From Negaprion brevirostris (lineage: Eukaryota): a stretch of DNA of 64,000 nucleotides. This document shows positions 38,044 to 51,990 of this stretch, in pieces. The stretch covers positions 72,852,689 through 72,916,688 of the forward strand of contig JARDVH010000059.1 of assembly GCA_030324005.1 (NCBI GenBank), given 5' to 3'. The position numbers and the translations under genes were made by a program. The notes under the pieces are model-generated. The model did no database searches and was not told the origin of the DNA. It saw only the letters and a list, made by a program, of their open reading frames with translations. The stretch's first letter is position 1; each line of letters starts with the position of its first letter.

Positions 38044-39412
38044 GAAGCAAAAAGTTGGAAACTATAAGTCGGGTTAGCTTGACCTCTGGTGGAAGTTGCT
38101 GGAATCAATCACTGAGGAGATGAATGAACATTTGGAAAGACAAGCTCAATCTACCATTATCAGCATGGTTTTATGAAGGGTAAGTCATGCTTGATAAGCT
38201 TGCTGGAGTTCTTTGAGGACATAACCAGCAACCTGGATAGCGGGGAAACTGTGGATGTGATATATCCAAACTTCCAGAAAGCATTTGACAAGGTGCCGCG
38301 TAAAAGACCGATCCTGAAAGTGAAATCGCAGGGGATTTGAGTAGAGTATTAGATTGGTTTGAGGATTGGCTGGCTAACAGAAAGCAGAGGGTCAGGATAA
38401 ATGGGTCATCCTTTGGCTGGCAAACTGTAACTAGTGGGGTGTCACAGTGTCAGTCTCTGGCCTCAACTGTTTACAATCTATATAAATGATCTGCAAGTAG
38501 GGACATATATATACATATAGCAAAATGTGTAGATGATACTAAAACACGTGGCAAAGCAGGCTGTGAAGAAGATATAAAGATTTTACAGACAGATGTACAT
38601 AGGCTGGGAGAATGGGCCAAAATCTGGCAGATGGAGTTTATTGTGGATAAATGTGAGATTGTCCATTTTGGCAGAAAAAAATAGAAAGGCAAATTATTAT
38701 CTAAATGGGAAGCAGATTCAATATGTGTCAGGGCAGAGGAATCTAGGCGTCCATGTTCATGAATCATAAAAAGTCAGTATGCAGGTGCAGCTTTATTTAT
38801 TGCATTTATTGCAAAAAAGACTGGAGCAGAAAAGTAGAGAAGTGTTGTTGCAATTATATCAGTTGTTGGTGTGATCACATCTAGAGTATTGTGTCCAGCT
38901 TTAGTCTCCTAATTTGAGGAAGGATGTGGTAGCATTGGAGGCAGTTCAGATTGATTCCGGGGATGAAAGGGTTGACGTATGAGGATAGTTTGGGCTTAAA
39001 TTCACTGGATTTAGAAAGATGGAAGGGGATCTGATCAAAGTATATCAAATTTTAAAAGGGATTGATAAATTAATTAATGTAGACCAAATGTTTTCTCTTA
39101 TGGGCAATCTCAGATATAGATTGAGAGGCAGTAGATTTAAAATTGAGGTGAGGAGGAACTACGTCTCGCAGAGGATGGTGAATTTGTGGAACTCAATTGC
39201 CATAATGCAATGGCTCTGTATCATTAGATGATTTCAAGAAGAAGGTAGCTATATTTTGGATTTAAAAAAAGGGATAAGAGGATGTGGGGGACATGTGGGG
39301 AGATGGATTTGAGACCAGGAAGAGATCAGCCATAATCTGATTGAATGGGGGAGCATGCTTGAACGGTTGAATGTGCCTACTTCTGTTCCTAGTTACTATG
39401 TTCTTATGTTCC
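38044..39412 (+). mobile_element. CR1 LINE, decayed ORF2 with 3' tail
   Basis: QHGFMKGKSCL, FQKAFDKVP, CVDDTK, EGDLIKVYQILKGID; tail ctatgttcttatgttc. Confidence 0.93.
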
Positions 39413-40510
39413 TAGATAAAGGTAGTGCAGTTGATGTAGTCTATATGGATTTCAGCAAAACATTTGACAAGGCCCCATATGGGAGATTTATAAAGAAGGC
39501 AAATGCACATGGAATACAGGGTACTTTGATAAAGTGGATTCAAAATCGGCTCAGTTGTAGGAGACAGGGTGATGACAGAAGGCTGCTTTTGTGAATGGAA
39601 GCCAGTGTCCAGTGGTGTACCACAGGGATCTGTGCTGGGTCCCCTATTGGTCATCTGTCATTTATATAAATGGTGAATATGTAGGGAGTAGGATGAGTAA
39701 GTTTGCAGAGATTGGCTGTGGTTTAACAGTGAGATTGAATGTTTTTGGCTCCAGGAAGATATAGACGGGCTGGGCAAAAGGGCAGATAAGTGGCAGAAGA
39801 AATTTAACCCTGAAAAGTGTGAGGTGATGCATTTTGGAAGGAGTGATTTGACAAGGAAGTATTCGATGAACAACATGATACTAGGGAGTTCTTTGGAACA
39901 AAGGGACCTTGATATGTTTGTCCATAGAGCTCTAAAGGCGGAAGGGAATGTTAGTAAGGTAGTGAAAAAGGCATACGTGACATTTGCCTTCATCAATCAA
40001 GGCATTGATTCCAAAAGCAGTGAAGTCATTTTGGAGTTGTATAGAACTTTGAGGCCACAGCTAGAGTAGTGTGTGCAGTTCTGGTGACCACCTCATAGGA
40101 AGAATGTGATTGCACTGGAGAGGGATGCAGAGGAAATTCACCTGGGATGGAACGTTGTAAGTTATGAAGAGAAGTTGGATAGGCTTGGGTTGTTTACATT
40201 GGCGCAGAGAATGCTGAGGGGTGACCTGTTTGAGATGTAGAAGATTGAAGGGAGTGGACAGAGTGAATAAGGATTAGCCGTTCCTCTTAGTTGAAGGATC
40301 AGTCATGAGGGGCCACAAGCTCGAAGTGAGGGTTTAGGGGGGATTTGAGGAAAAGCTTTTATACCTAGAGGGTGGTGACTGTCCAGAATGCACTGCCCGG
40401 GAGGATGGTGAAGTCGGGTTACCTCACATCCTTGTGTACCTGGATCAGCACCTGGCATGTCATTACATTCAAGGCTATGGGCCAAATGCTGGTAAATGGA
40501 AGTAGGTGGG
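39413..40510 (+). mobile_element. CR1 LINE, decayed ORF2 (different subfamily)
   Basis: LDKGSAVDVVYMDFSKTFDKAP, SGVPQGSVLGPL, LYRTLRPQLE. Confidence 0.92.
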
Positions 40511-42907
40511 AGGTCAGATGTATCTCAGCTGGGTGTTTGAGACGATCTGATAGGTTCAAGTTGATTTCCATTGATAGATTTTTTTTACAGTTATTTAATT
40601 TTCCAACTTAATTAAAATTTGCCAATTCTTTTGGTGAGATGGACCTATGTTATCTGATCAGACAGTTGCCCTATTTGTGATCTTTGACTCAGACATAGTA
40701 ACTTCCATGAATTTATCTCCAAATGTGATTTCTAGATAAAATGATTCGTCTCTTATGAAAGGACTCCAAAATTCTCCTGGGACTCCTTGGATTTGACAGG
40801 CTGATTTGAAGCACACCTCTCTGTATATCTTATTCTTGCTTGGGACCTGGGTACTCCTTTCCTGTGAGGATATCATACACTGAACATGAAGCAGTTGGTG
40901 ATACCTGTGGGAGATTTGGAGATATCAGCTGCTAGCATGGAGCCAGCTTCAATCTCTGCTCTCATGACCACTAAGCAAATTTGAACAGAAGGACAAAGTT
41001 CCAACATAATTGATTACACTCTCCTCAACCTATTTCCCTGTCCACGTGTTTTTCTAGCCTACTGTTGTCCTCAGGTTTAAATAGTCCCCTTATTACATTT
41101 TAGCAAAAACCCCATAAAATTGGATTGAAGAAGATCTGTTGAAAATCAGGGTGAAAAAAGACAAGCAATTTATTAATTATAAATGATATTGATAGAAAAT
41201 ATAACAAAACGACAGTTACTTCAGTTGAAGGTTCCTCTGCTTTATTCTCGCACATGAATTATGAGTCTTCAATTCATTTATGAATATTCTAGAAGGGCAA
41301 AGAGAAAGATAAGAACGCACGCAACCTTTGATTTGCGCTAATAGCTACTTCAAAAGATCTCCAGAAAGTCCATCTGTCTGAGCAGTCATTGGATGTGGAA
41401 CAGTCATCAATATTTTGTAGTATTTCAAAGCACAGCCTGAGCTTTCGAGGAGCAGCAAGTGCAAAAGACCACAACACAGTTTGTGGTTTTGAAAGTCTCT
41501 TGTAACCAAAGCTGCCAAGTGATCAGCAGAAAAAAAACATTTTACAGTGCAAAAGGAAATCAATTGCATTGAACACTTTCCAGGTAATATAATACTCTCC
41601 ATGTGACACTAAAGAAATTAGTGTGAAATATTGTCTAACTATTGAAGCAACAATAGAAGCATTTGGTTGTCATTTTTGTTATTTGTGCATTTTTGATAGA
41701 GATAACAATTTATCTAATTATTTCAATAATCAATATTTGAATCCATTGCATGTTTGCTTTCATGCAAAAATATGAGAATCTTGGTGTGTAATACTTTGAA
41801 TTTACAGTGTTAATTTCAGTCATNNNNNNNNNNNNNNNNNNNNNNNNNNNNNNNNNNNNNNTTGCAGTTTCATAAAAGTATCTTACTTTTCTACAAGCCT
41901 AAGAAAATCTCTTGACACTCGAGACAGTTAAAGCTCTCAGTAAGTCGACAATAAGTTGAATATGTGATGTATAGAAGCTAGGTCCTTTCTACTTCAGATT
42001 TCTATCTCAAGGACAGTACTAATACAAGTGTTATGCATCCTACAGTACAACAAGACCAAAACCATCATGTAATTCTGCACAACCTGCTGTTGTGTTCAAA
42101 TATCATATCAAGAAGTTTAATTCCTTTAACCAGGTTTGTTTTGCATGTTGTAATTTAGCTGTGTGTTTAATCTGTTGCTAAACAATTTTGTTTTATATGT
42201 AGTTGCGTGAAACAGAATCAAGTTGCAAAGCATTCATGCTGTTTTTTTGATCTCTATTAAGGAGAAAATTTCCACCATCCTGGTATTGGTCGACAATATC
42301 GTTGTAGTTTTGAAACCTTTAAAGCTACGGGGCCTGAAATCCAAATTGGATCTGCTTACATATTTAATGCAGCACAAAGCCTTACTGCTCATCTGATTTT
42401 TCTTAAAGGCATTTGAAGTTGCACTGTACTTAAGGAACTGAAATATCTCCAGAGCCTAATTATTATACAGTATCCCTTTTGGCATTTTAAATCAGAAATA
42501 GGGGGTAAATGCTTTGTTAGTGGAAATGTTTGTTTAAAGGAGACATTCCTTTCTGCCAACAATACATCACTATACCTTCTACATTCTTTGCTTTGTAGGA
42601 AATTTATACAAAGAGAACATTATTTTCACCTCGAGGATGTTCCTGTTCTGAAGCTGCCACTGTATTTGTTTCTGATCACTGTGATGATAGATCACTGTAC
42701 AGATTAACCAAATGTTAAGACAAGCTGCTGTGCTGTCACTCTACAGTAAAACCTGTTGATTCAACCATTGCAGGTATCTGTCAAAGTAACTGTGGAAACT
42801 TTGGGAGATTTTTATCCAAAATGTTTCTGCAACCCAAAATCTCTGAACAGTCTCCTTTAAGTAAACAGGGCATCTAACTTTTAGAATTTAGCAGCTTGGC
42901 ACAAACT

Positions 42908-43020
42908 GGGATAGATCTCGACTTTGTGCAATTGTGTAAAATGGGTGACGGTGATTGGGCAGTCTGTTTTACATTTCTGCTGTTCTTTTTTTCAATTGGC
43001 ACAAAATCAAGATTTCATCC
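42908..43020. mobile_element. Small MITE
   Basis: Imperfect 22-bp terminal inverted repeats gggatagatctcgactttgtgc / gcacaaaatcaagatttcatcc. Confidence 0.55.
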
Positions 43021-45290
43021 ATTTAGTTTGGATTTCAGCTTGGGCCTATCAGCAGAATGCAAATTTAACTGTTTTCAGAATGTAGCAGTTTACTGACTTT
43101 CATCCATGCAGATTGCAGATGTTGTGACCTCAATCAGTCACATCGAAATAGTGCGATGATCNNNNNNNNNNNNNNNNNNNNNNNNNNNNNNNNNNNNNNN
43201 NNNNNNNNNNNNNNNNNNNNNNNNNNNNNNNNNNNNNNNNNNNNNNNNNNNNNNNNNNNNNNNNNNNNNNNNNNNNNNNNNNNNNNNNNNNNNNNNNNNN
43301 NNNNNNNNNNNNNNNNNNNNNNNNNNNNNNNNNNNNNNNNNNNNNNNNNNNNNNNNNNNNNNNNNNNNNNNNNNNNNNNNNNNNNNNNNNNNNNNNNNNN
43401 NNNNNNNNNNNNNNNNNNNNNNNNNNNNNNNNNNNNNNNNNNNNNNNNNNNNNNNNNNNNNNNNNNNNNNNNNNNNNNNNNNNNNNNNNNNNNNNNNNNN
43501 NNNNNNNNNNNNNNNNNNNNNNNNNNNNNNNNNNNNNNNNNNNNNNNNNNNNNNNNNNNNNNNNNNNNNNNNNNNNNNNNNNNNNNNNNNNNNNNNNNNN
43601 NNNNNNNNNNNNNNNNNNNNNNNNNNNNNNNNNNNNNNNNNNNNNNNNNNNNNNNNNNNNNNNNNNNNNNNNNNNNNNNNNNNNNNNACTGATTACATCT
43701 CTGGCTGCATCACGTGACAATGCAGCATCTCTCATATTCCCACAGTAGATGTCTGCACACTGCCACTTAAATGTTTATGAAGAGGGACTTTTTTGTTGTT
43801 GTCTGTCTACAGCTCTGGGTTATGGTTCAAGCCTTTCTTTCCTGGAGGTTATGTATTTTACTGAAGCATCAGCCCTTCCTTACATGGTTTTTACAAAGCT
43901 GCAGTTTCAGGAAAGGAAACCCAGGGCAGCATATTCCAAAGATTCCATTTTATTGACATTCGTAGATCAGTTTACTTGGTTTGATTCCAATGTCAACATT
44001 CTATTCTACACTCATGGATGATCCATTCAAGACTTCTAATAGCAGAAAGGCTTATCATATTTGTCTAGAGGACTAGAGTACCATCTTCAGCTTCTCCTTG
44101 GCCTTAAGTTGCATTTTGTGTTGCAATTTTCATTTTTTTTGCAAAACAGTTTTCAATGCACGTAGATGCAGAAGTGTCATTATATCCCAAAAAGTTACCA
44201 GGTTTACCAAAGCACCAGGGCATATGTGAGAACCCTTGCAGCAGGATTCTCTACCATGAATCTGCATTTGTAAAGAGTACAGTATAACTCCAGCCTTGAG
44301 GCAAAGAGCGTCTTGTAATCTTTGAAGTCCAGAACTGCAGAGGAGCATTAATTTATTGCGTCAAAGCCAAGAGAAAATTTAAACAGATACAGGAGTGAGG
44401 CTGAGTATAATGTCAGACTGTTAATGATTGAGAGGAGAATGAGCTGTCTTTTGGACTACGGCACCAAATATTTAGTGAGGGCAGCTTCATGAGAATGAGG
44501 TTGACTAATTATCTACAATGTAAAAAGACATCTTTTTGTATAATGGTATAGGGAGGAGATACAATTTATGTGGTGATACTTATGATAAAATCAATAATAG
44601 TCTATTCCAAACAAAAACTGGTTATAGAATAATGTCATAATGTCATTTGTGACATTTCCCCAGAATGATGACACCTCCTTTAAAAACAATTGCTTTTAAT
44701 AACTGCTGAAGTGCATCTTCTGTACAATCAACATCTACAACATTTGCATTCACTGCAATACCTGAAAAATAAATCTACTGCCAGGGCCTCTCCTGCTGCT
44801 GTCCAGCAGGGCTGATAGGATACTTCAGGTCAATGCCTGTAATTTTTCTCCCCCTTGACATGGGGATGTGTTGGGTGCTTTCCCTGAAGAGTTTGAACAC
44901 CTACCATATAAGCAATTGTGGCTGCAATGTAACAATATACCAAACCTGACGTTCCATTTGGCTTTTTCAGTGTACCACACTATCATATGGTATTGGCTTT
45001 GTTTCTAAACTGATTTGGGAGGCATTTGATTGAATAATCCTCAAATAGCTATATGGACTTCAACAGCAAACACTTTAGGGAATGCTGCTTATATATTCGG
45101 AACAATAGGACTTAAGAGCAGGAGTAAGTCATTCAGCTTTTTGAGTCTGCTTCGCCATTCAATAAGATCACTCCACTTTCCTGTCTGCCCCCCAGTAACC
45201 ATGCCCATCAAAAATCTGCCTAACTCTGCCTTGAATAAATTCAATTACTCAGCCTCCACAACTAACGATCCTCTAACAGAAAAAAATTCT

Positions 45291-45978
45291 CCATCCATTG
45301 ACTGTCGACATTTCCTGCTGCCTCAGAAGAGCAGCCAACATAACCAAGGACCCCACACATCCTGAACATATTCTCTCCCATCTTCTTCCATCAGGGAAAA
45401 GAGACAAAATCTGAGGTCACATACCAGCCAATTCAAGAACAGTTTCTTCTCTGCTGCCACCAGACTTTGAAATGGACCTATCATATATTAAGCTGATCTT
45501 TCTCTCCACCCTAGCTATGATTGCAACATTATGTTCTGCACCTTCTCCCTCCTTTCTCCGCTATCTACTCTATGAATGGCATGTTTTTGTGGAATCATAG
45601 ATTCCTTCAGTGCAGTAGGAGGCCATTCAACTTATCAATTCTGCACCAAACATAATCCCACCCAGGCCCTATTTCTGTAACCCCATATATTTACCCAGTA
45701 AATCCCTCTGACACTGGGGTCAATTTAGTATGGCCAATCAACCTAACCTGCACTGTGGGAATGTGGCAGGTAACTGGAGAACCTGGAGGAAACCCACACA
45801 GACATGGGGAGGGTGTGCAAACTCCACACAGACAGTGACCCAACTCCAGAATTGAACCCGGGTCCCTGCAGCAGTGCTAACCAATGTGCCACCATGTGGT
45901 GTCTGTATAGCATGCAAGAAACAATAATTTTCATTGTATATCAATACATGTGACAATAATAAATCAAATCAAATCAAA
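45291..45978 (+). mobile_element. Rex1/Babar LINE 3' end, interrupted by HE1
   Basis: SCCLRRAANITKDPTHPEHILSHLLPSGKR..FKNSFFSAATRL; 3' UTR ends tacatgtgacaataat(aaatc)n. Confidence 0.85.
45593..45894 (-). mobile_element. HE1-type SINE in the Rex 3' UTR
   Basis: aatcatagattccttcagtgcagtaggaggccatt...gcagtgctaaccaatgtgccacca; possible TSD tgtgg. Confidence 0.9.
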
Positions 45979-46479
45979 ATACTTTTTGTTCTTAAACTGA
46001 GATCTTCAGTTCTAATCTCTCCCCACTAGTGGAAACATCTTCCCAGCATTACTGACCAAAACCCTTCAGGATCTTATAAGTTTCAATAAGATCAGCTCTC
46101 ATTCCTCTAAATTCCCCTGAGTATGGACTCAACCTGTTCAACTTTTCTTCATAAGGTCAACCGTTCACCCCAGGAATGAGACAAGTGAACCTTCTCTAAA
46201 TTGCTTCAAATGTAATTTTTATTGCGCAATTGAAATTAACTTGTCTGCTATTAAAGTCCACTGTTTACCTTCGCTGTTTATGCAGTAAAATGATGGAGCA
46301 GAAAACCATTTTGATTTCAATAGAAATGAAAGTCTAACAAATTCTATAGCAATTGAACAATCCGTTCCACCAGTTTATCATCCAAATAGAATGAAAGAGA
46401 TGGGTCAATTTTAAAGAGTAGAAATGGAGTTTCATTTGAACAAACACAGCATTCATACACTAAGATTCAAATAGCGTTA

Positions 46480-46856
46480 TTTAATGGCCTAAGATTTGCT
46501 TTTGGGCCAGAAAGTTATTAATTTAAGTTCCCATCTAGGCCTTGAGCTTAATCTAAATTGACAATCTGGTGCAATCTGAGGGAATGTTACACTGATAAAG
46601 GTGTTGACCTTTAGATGACATCTTAAAATGAGTTTCTATCTGCCTGTTCAGATGGATGTAAAAGATTCCATAACACTTTTTTGAAGAAGACCAGGGAATC
46701 CTTCCTCTGTCGTGGTCTAAATAGAATCCTCAACCAACATCACAAATTAATCCACCTATTGCTATTTGCAAGTCTTTGGTGTGTGCTAATTGGATTCTAA
46801 CTATGACTGCGAGACATTGGTGATTGAAGTAATTAAAAGCTGCAAAGTGCATTGGA
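46480..46856 (+). mobile_element. DeuSINE (SacSINE1-like) with Deu domain
   Basis: ctgagggaatgttacactg..tcagatggatgtaaaagattccataacactttttgaagaagaccaggg..cctcaaccaacatcac resembles the Deu core shared with AmnSINE1. Confidence 0.8.
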
Positions 46857-47436
46857 NNNNNNNNNNNNNNNNNNNNNNNNNNNNNNNNNNNNNNNNNNNN
46901 NNNNNNNNNNNNNNNNNNNNNNNNNNNNNNNNNNNNNNNNNNNNNNNNNNNNNNNNNNNNNNNNNNNNNNNNNNNNNNNNNNNNNNNNNNNNNNNNNNNN
47001 NNNNNNNNNNNNNNNNNNNNNNNNNNNNNNNNNNNNNNNNNNNNNNNNNNNNNNNNNNNNNNNNNNNNNNNNNNNNNNNNNNNNNNNNNNNNNNNNNNNN
47101 NNNNNNNNNNNNNNNNNNNNNNNNNNNNNNNNNNNNNNNNNNNNNNNNNNNNNNNNNNNNNNNNNNNNNNNNNNNNNNNNNNNNNNNNNNNNNNNNNNNN
47201 NNNNNNNNNNNNNNNNNNNNNNNNNNNNNNNNNNNNNNNNNNNNNNNNNNNNNNNNNNNNNNNNNNNNNNNNNNNNNNNNNNNNNNNNNNNNNNNNNNNN
47301 NNNNNNNNNNNNNNNNNNNNNNNNNNNNNNNNNNNNNNNNNNNNNNNNNNNNNNNNNNNNNNNNNNNNNNNNNNNNNNNNNNNNNNNNNNNNNNNNNNNN
47401 NNNNNNNNNNNNNNNNNNNNNNNNNNNNNNNNNNNA

Positions 47437-47512
47437 TTAGCCGTTTTCCAATCTTCCGGCACTTCCCCGGAATCCAGCGACGTCTGGAAAATAACCACCA
47501 AGGCATCCACTC
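47437..47512 (-). mobile_element. CR1 ORF2 fragment at a gap edge
   Basis: VDALVVIFQTSLDSGEVPEDWKTAN. Confidence 0.85.
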
Positions 47513-47730
47513 CTCTGGGTGTTTCCTCCCACAGTCCAAAGATATGCAGATTAGGTTGATTCACCATGCTAAATTGCCCCTTAGTGTCCCAAGATGTGTA
47601 GCATACTGGGGTTAATGGAGTAAATATTTGAATTTATGAGGACAGTGCCTGGGTAAGATGCTCTGCTGGAGACTGAGTGCAGACTCGATGGGCCAAATGG
47701 CCTCCTTCTGCACCTTAGGGATTCTATCAT
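47513..47730 (+). mobile_element. HE1-type SINE, 3' part
   Basis: tttcctcccacagtccaaagat..gctaaattgcccctta..gatgggccaaatggcctccttctgcac..gattctatcat. Confidence 0.85.
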
Positions 47731-48189
47731 AATTTGGTATGCAAACGAGTTACTTTGGAAGTTCTGGGAGGAGGCATGGAAAACACTGAGGGCCTCAAGT
47801 CCATCCACAAAGCATGAAGTGTTGCACTGGGAGTCACTCATGCACATGAGCATGACTCAGAACATTGTATAGAGAGGGAAGGCTCAGAGATCACCTCATG
47901 TATTGGTACACAGCAGCCAATGCATGATTAGTGCTCCCTGAGAGTTTGGCCTGTGAGTGCTGGAGTAATTGTTAGGTCGGTGTATCAGGAGACATTTCCA
48001 GAGGGTTCAGGAAGCCATGATCATCCAGCTGGAGGCAAGTAAGCCCATTCCTGGAAATGGGGACTAGCTATTTCAAATTAGAGATGAGTGGCAACGAAGA
48101 GAAGCCACAGCATCAGCAGATGCCAACTCTTGGTCATGAGCGATGTAAGATTAGGAATGAGGGTTTTGGAGACAAGAAGATAATCCCTG

Positions 48190-49085
48190 ATAACAGGGTG
48201 CACTGATAAAAAATATGTTTCTTAGAAATATCAGAGTATCAGTGCCGCAGGAGCCTGCATCTATCTAGGCAACTGATTTCAGATCTGTGTGCCCTCATTG
48301 AGGATCACCTCAGGCTTAGCGAGTCTTGTGAATACAGTCTGTCACATAGTAATGGTCACACTGATTCCGAACTTCTTCACAGTTTGGTCTTTCAAAAGAT
48401 TAGCTGCTGACCTGGGTGGCATTTCTCAAATGAATGGGGACACATATTACATTGAGTTCTAAATGGATAGCATAACACAAGCATATTGGGTGGTGAGATT
48501 TGCTTCCTAGCTCCTTAGGTACAGGGGAGGGATGGTCATTGATTGTATCCAAATGCAGCCAGATTGATTCCTCAAGAGGAAAGGATTTCATTCCCTAACT
48601 GTCTAGCTGGTCTGCAAACACAGTAAGCATTTTGTATAGGTGTGTACATTGTTCCTGGCAGCTGTCAAAACCCTATTCAGCCTCAGACAAATGCAGCTTC
48701 CACTGTTTTTCCTCACTCCAGGGAGAGTCAATGGATGGCTGTTAGGGTGACAAGGTATATCCCCTGCAGAGTTGATTACTGATACCAATGTTAGGCCATG
48801 CAGCAGACACTGAGCAATACTACCTTGCGATACAACCTTGACACTAACTTGAGGTGTGATTCTGGTTTCTTGGCCAGTTAAATAGTGGTCTCCAGTATCC
48901 TCCCTCTATGATCTGTTACATTGTTATTGTCAGCTGTGTTCTCCATATCGTGACGTTCTAGAGAGGTGTGATACTTCAACAAGGAGAAGCGGAGGAACAG
49001 CATTCTTTTCAGAAAGAGAGAGGAGGAAGAGGAAGATGCGGTGGAGGACAGTGTCTATGAGGTGATCCTCATCTGGTCAAGGTGA
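48190..49085 (+). pseudogene. Decayed PIF/Harbinger DDE transposase
   Basis: Across frameshifts: QCRRSLHLSRQLISDLC, NFF..SF..AADLGGISQ, VIDC, RKGFHSLTV.LVC, PGSC, GWLLG/DKVYPL, LQYPP..IVIVSCVLH, acidic tail. Confidence 0.8.
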
Positions 49086-49689
49086 TCAAGATAGGAGGGA
49101 AATTCGGGTAGTTCTAATTGAAGCAGGTTTTTCCTCAGGGGCCTTCATTCTGAAATACACTCGGCTCTGATGCTCACTTTCATTTGAATAAAGTAATACA
49201 TCCATCATGCACACAACACTGAATATTTCCAGTGTTCCCCACATCAATTGAGGCACAAGTCTCCATCAGCTACACATTGGTTCAAGCATACACTAGTGCC
49301 CCATTCCCTCACTTCTTCCATTTTTGCTTCGATGTTAAGGCAAGTATTGAAACTACTCAGGTTTGGGTTCAACCAACACTTCCATTGCATTGAGTCTATA
49401 TTACACAACACAAACATATGTCACCCAAGTGAAGCAAAAGTAAATTTACTGACGAGGAACTCTTTGCTGGTGATCGCTTCCATGTGGCCTAACCACTACC
49501 ACAGACTTGCAGAAGTCCATTGTCATTTTATACTCACTTGAGCATTGGTTGGCTGACCAATGGTTTGGAGACAGGGGGCTGGGGTGGGGNNNNNNNNNNN
49601 NNNNNNNNNNNNNNNNNNNNNNNNNNNNNNNNNNNNNNNNNNNNNNNNNNNNNNNNNNNNNNNNNNNNNNNNNNNNNNNNNNNNNNNNN

Positions 49690-50797
49690 GGGAGGAAATT
49701 GCAGGTTCCTTAGTAGCAATATTTGAGTCAACGACAGCTACATGTGAGGTGCCTAAAAATTGGAGGGTGGCAAATGTTGTGCCTTTGTTTAAGAAGGGCT
49801 GCAAGGAGAAGCCTGGGAGCTACAGGCCGGTGAGCTTAATGTCTGTAGTGGTTAAGTTGTTAGAGAAGGTTTTCTGAGAGACAGGATCTACAAGCATTTA
49901 AAGAGGCAAGGATAGATTAGGGACTGGCAGCACTGCTTTGTGAGTGGAAAATCATGTCTCGTGAATTTGATTGAATTTTCTGAAGGGATAACCAAAAAGG
50001 TAGATGAGGGCAGTGCAGTTGATGTTGTCTACATGGACTTTAGCAAGGCCTTTGACAAAGTAACGCATGGTAGTGAAGTTGTTGCATAAGGTTAAATCTC
50101 ATGGAATCCAGGCTGAGATAGCCAATTGGATACAAAATTGGCTTGATGACAGAAAACAGAAGGTGGTTGTAGAGGGTTGTTTATCAAAATGGAGGCTTGT
50201 GACCAGCTATGTACCCCAGGGATAGGTGCTGTATCCACTGTTATTTGTCACTTATATTAATAATTTGGACAATAATTTAGAAGGTATGATTAGTTTGCAG
50301 ATGACACCAAGATTGGTGGTATAGTGGACAATGAAGAAGGTTATCTAGGATTGCAATATGATCTTGATCAATTGGGCACGTGGGCTGATGAATGGCAGAT
50401 GGAGTTTCATTTAGATAAATGTGAGGTGATGCGTTTTGATAGATTGAACCAGGGGAGGACTTGCTCAGTTAATGGTTGGGCACTGGAGAGATTTATAGAA
50501 CAAAGAGATCTAGGGGTATTGCTTCATAGTTCCTTGAAAGTGGAGGCACAACCGCACAGAGTAGTGAAGAAGGCATTCAGCATGCTTGGTTTCTTTGGTC
50601 AGAACATTGAATACATTGTTGTGACATCCTGTTGAAATTGTACAAGAAATTGGTAAGGCCACACTTGTAATACAGTGTACAGTTCTGGTCATCTTTCATA
50701 GAAAGCATATTATTAAACTGGAAAGAGTGCAAAAAAAATTTACTAGGATGCTACCGGGACTCGATGGTTTGAGTTATAAAGAGAGGCTGGATAGACT
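49690..50797 (+). mobile_element. CR1 LINE ORF2 fragment, same subfamily as 17280-19070; both ends missing
   Basis: EVPKNWRVANVVPLFKKG, DFSKAFDKV, FADDTKIG, WADEWQMEF. Confidence 0.93.
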
Positions 50798-51990
50798 ACT
50801 GCAAGTCACTAGTGGGTGGGGAGTTGGACACTGGGGGGTGGTGGGAGGGTCTGATATCAGAGGGGTGTGAATGTGTGCAGTTGGCATGGGGGGATGGGGC
50901 TGGTCAAATCGGGGAATGAGGTCGAAGATGTGGTATGGGGAATCCCAAGTGGCACAATTGTCCAGGAGAAGCTAGTATTTCTAGACAATTGTTGGGTAAA
51001 CTCTTACCTGGGAACAAGCAAAAGAGATTCCCCAGTACATCTTTGAGGTACCCACAAAATCTGGGGAGCCAGAAAGCTTTGGGCCAAAATATTTTTGTTA
51101 ATATTTGCCTCCTACTCACACCTAATCACCCCCCCACTCTACCCACTCCCACCTGCCTAAAAATTGAGGTTGGGCTAGAAAAGGCCCACAAGTAGCCACT
51201 TAAGTGCTTTAATAAGTGAAAACGTGGGTTTCCTGCCCAAGGCCCTGCCTGCCAAGTGTGAAATTGCATCTGAGTCTGGGATCCCAGGGATATCCTGTTG
51301 ATTCAATTTTACTGCCCCCCATCACCCTCACAACAACCTCCACAACACCCCATACCTCAGTACAAAATGTCTCATTATACTCTTCTGGCAGATTCATAGA
51401 CGAATGAATAAGTCAATCAATGATCAAACCCTTTTAAAGGAGTACAATAATTTAACTGTGACTTAAAACAAAAACTTCAACAGAAAATTATCAAATTAAA
51501 ATGCAGTGTCTTTTTATATGTGCACAAGTCATTATTCAAAGTATGCCCTCAAACTGTATGCTGTATGCTAACATGTACTTAAATAATTAACAGGATCACT
51601 CACTTCTTTCCCGTCAATAGATGATGCTGTCTGCTCTTGTCTTTGTTGGTTCTCCCTGTATCATTGGGCCTGTGGGAAGTGTAAGAGGGCAGTTACAAAA
51701 ATCACCTCTGCCATTATCTGTTTCTGCAAAGTTGAAGCAGCTATTAGAATCACTGCTCTGGCTCAACAGAAACCAGGGAAGCCTGAGCTCTATCCTCATT
51801 AACTGGAGATGATCAGATCACTTCACCCTGTCTTGCATGAACTCCACCCTTGCCATTGCCCACTCTCTCATGCGCTTCCATCCTGGGCAGATCAAAGGTC
51901 ATCCTCTCCATGGCCGCCAGAATCACTAGATAAGGCACTCAGCCACCCGACCAAACTGATTTTCTTGCATGGTGCACTCCTGTAAGATCA

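Larger units (their letters stand above)
45098..46212 (-). mobile_element. CR1 3' region (pieces 45098-45290 and 45979-46212) split by a Rex insertion
   Basis: gagcaggagtaagtcattcagc..ccattcaataagatc tail; resumes at 45979 and includes aggatcttataagtttcaataagatc (reverse complement DLIETYKIL). Confidence 0.8.
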
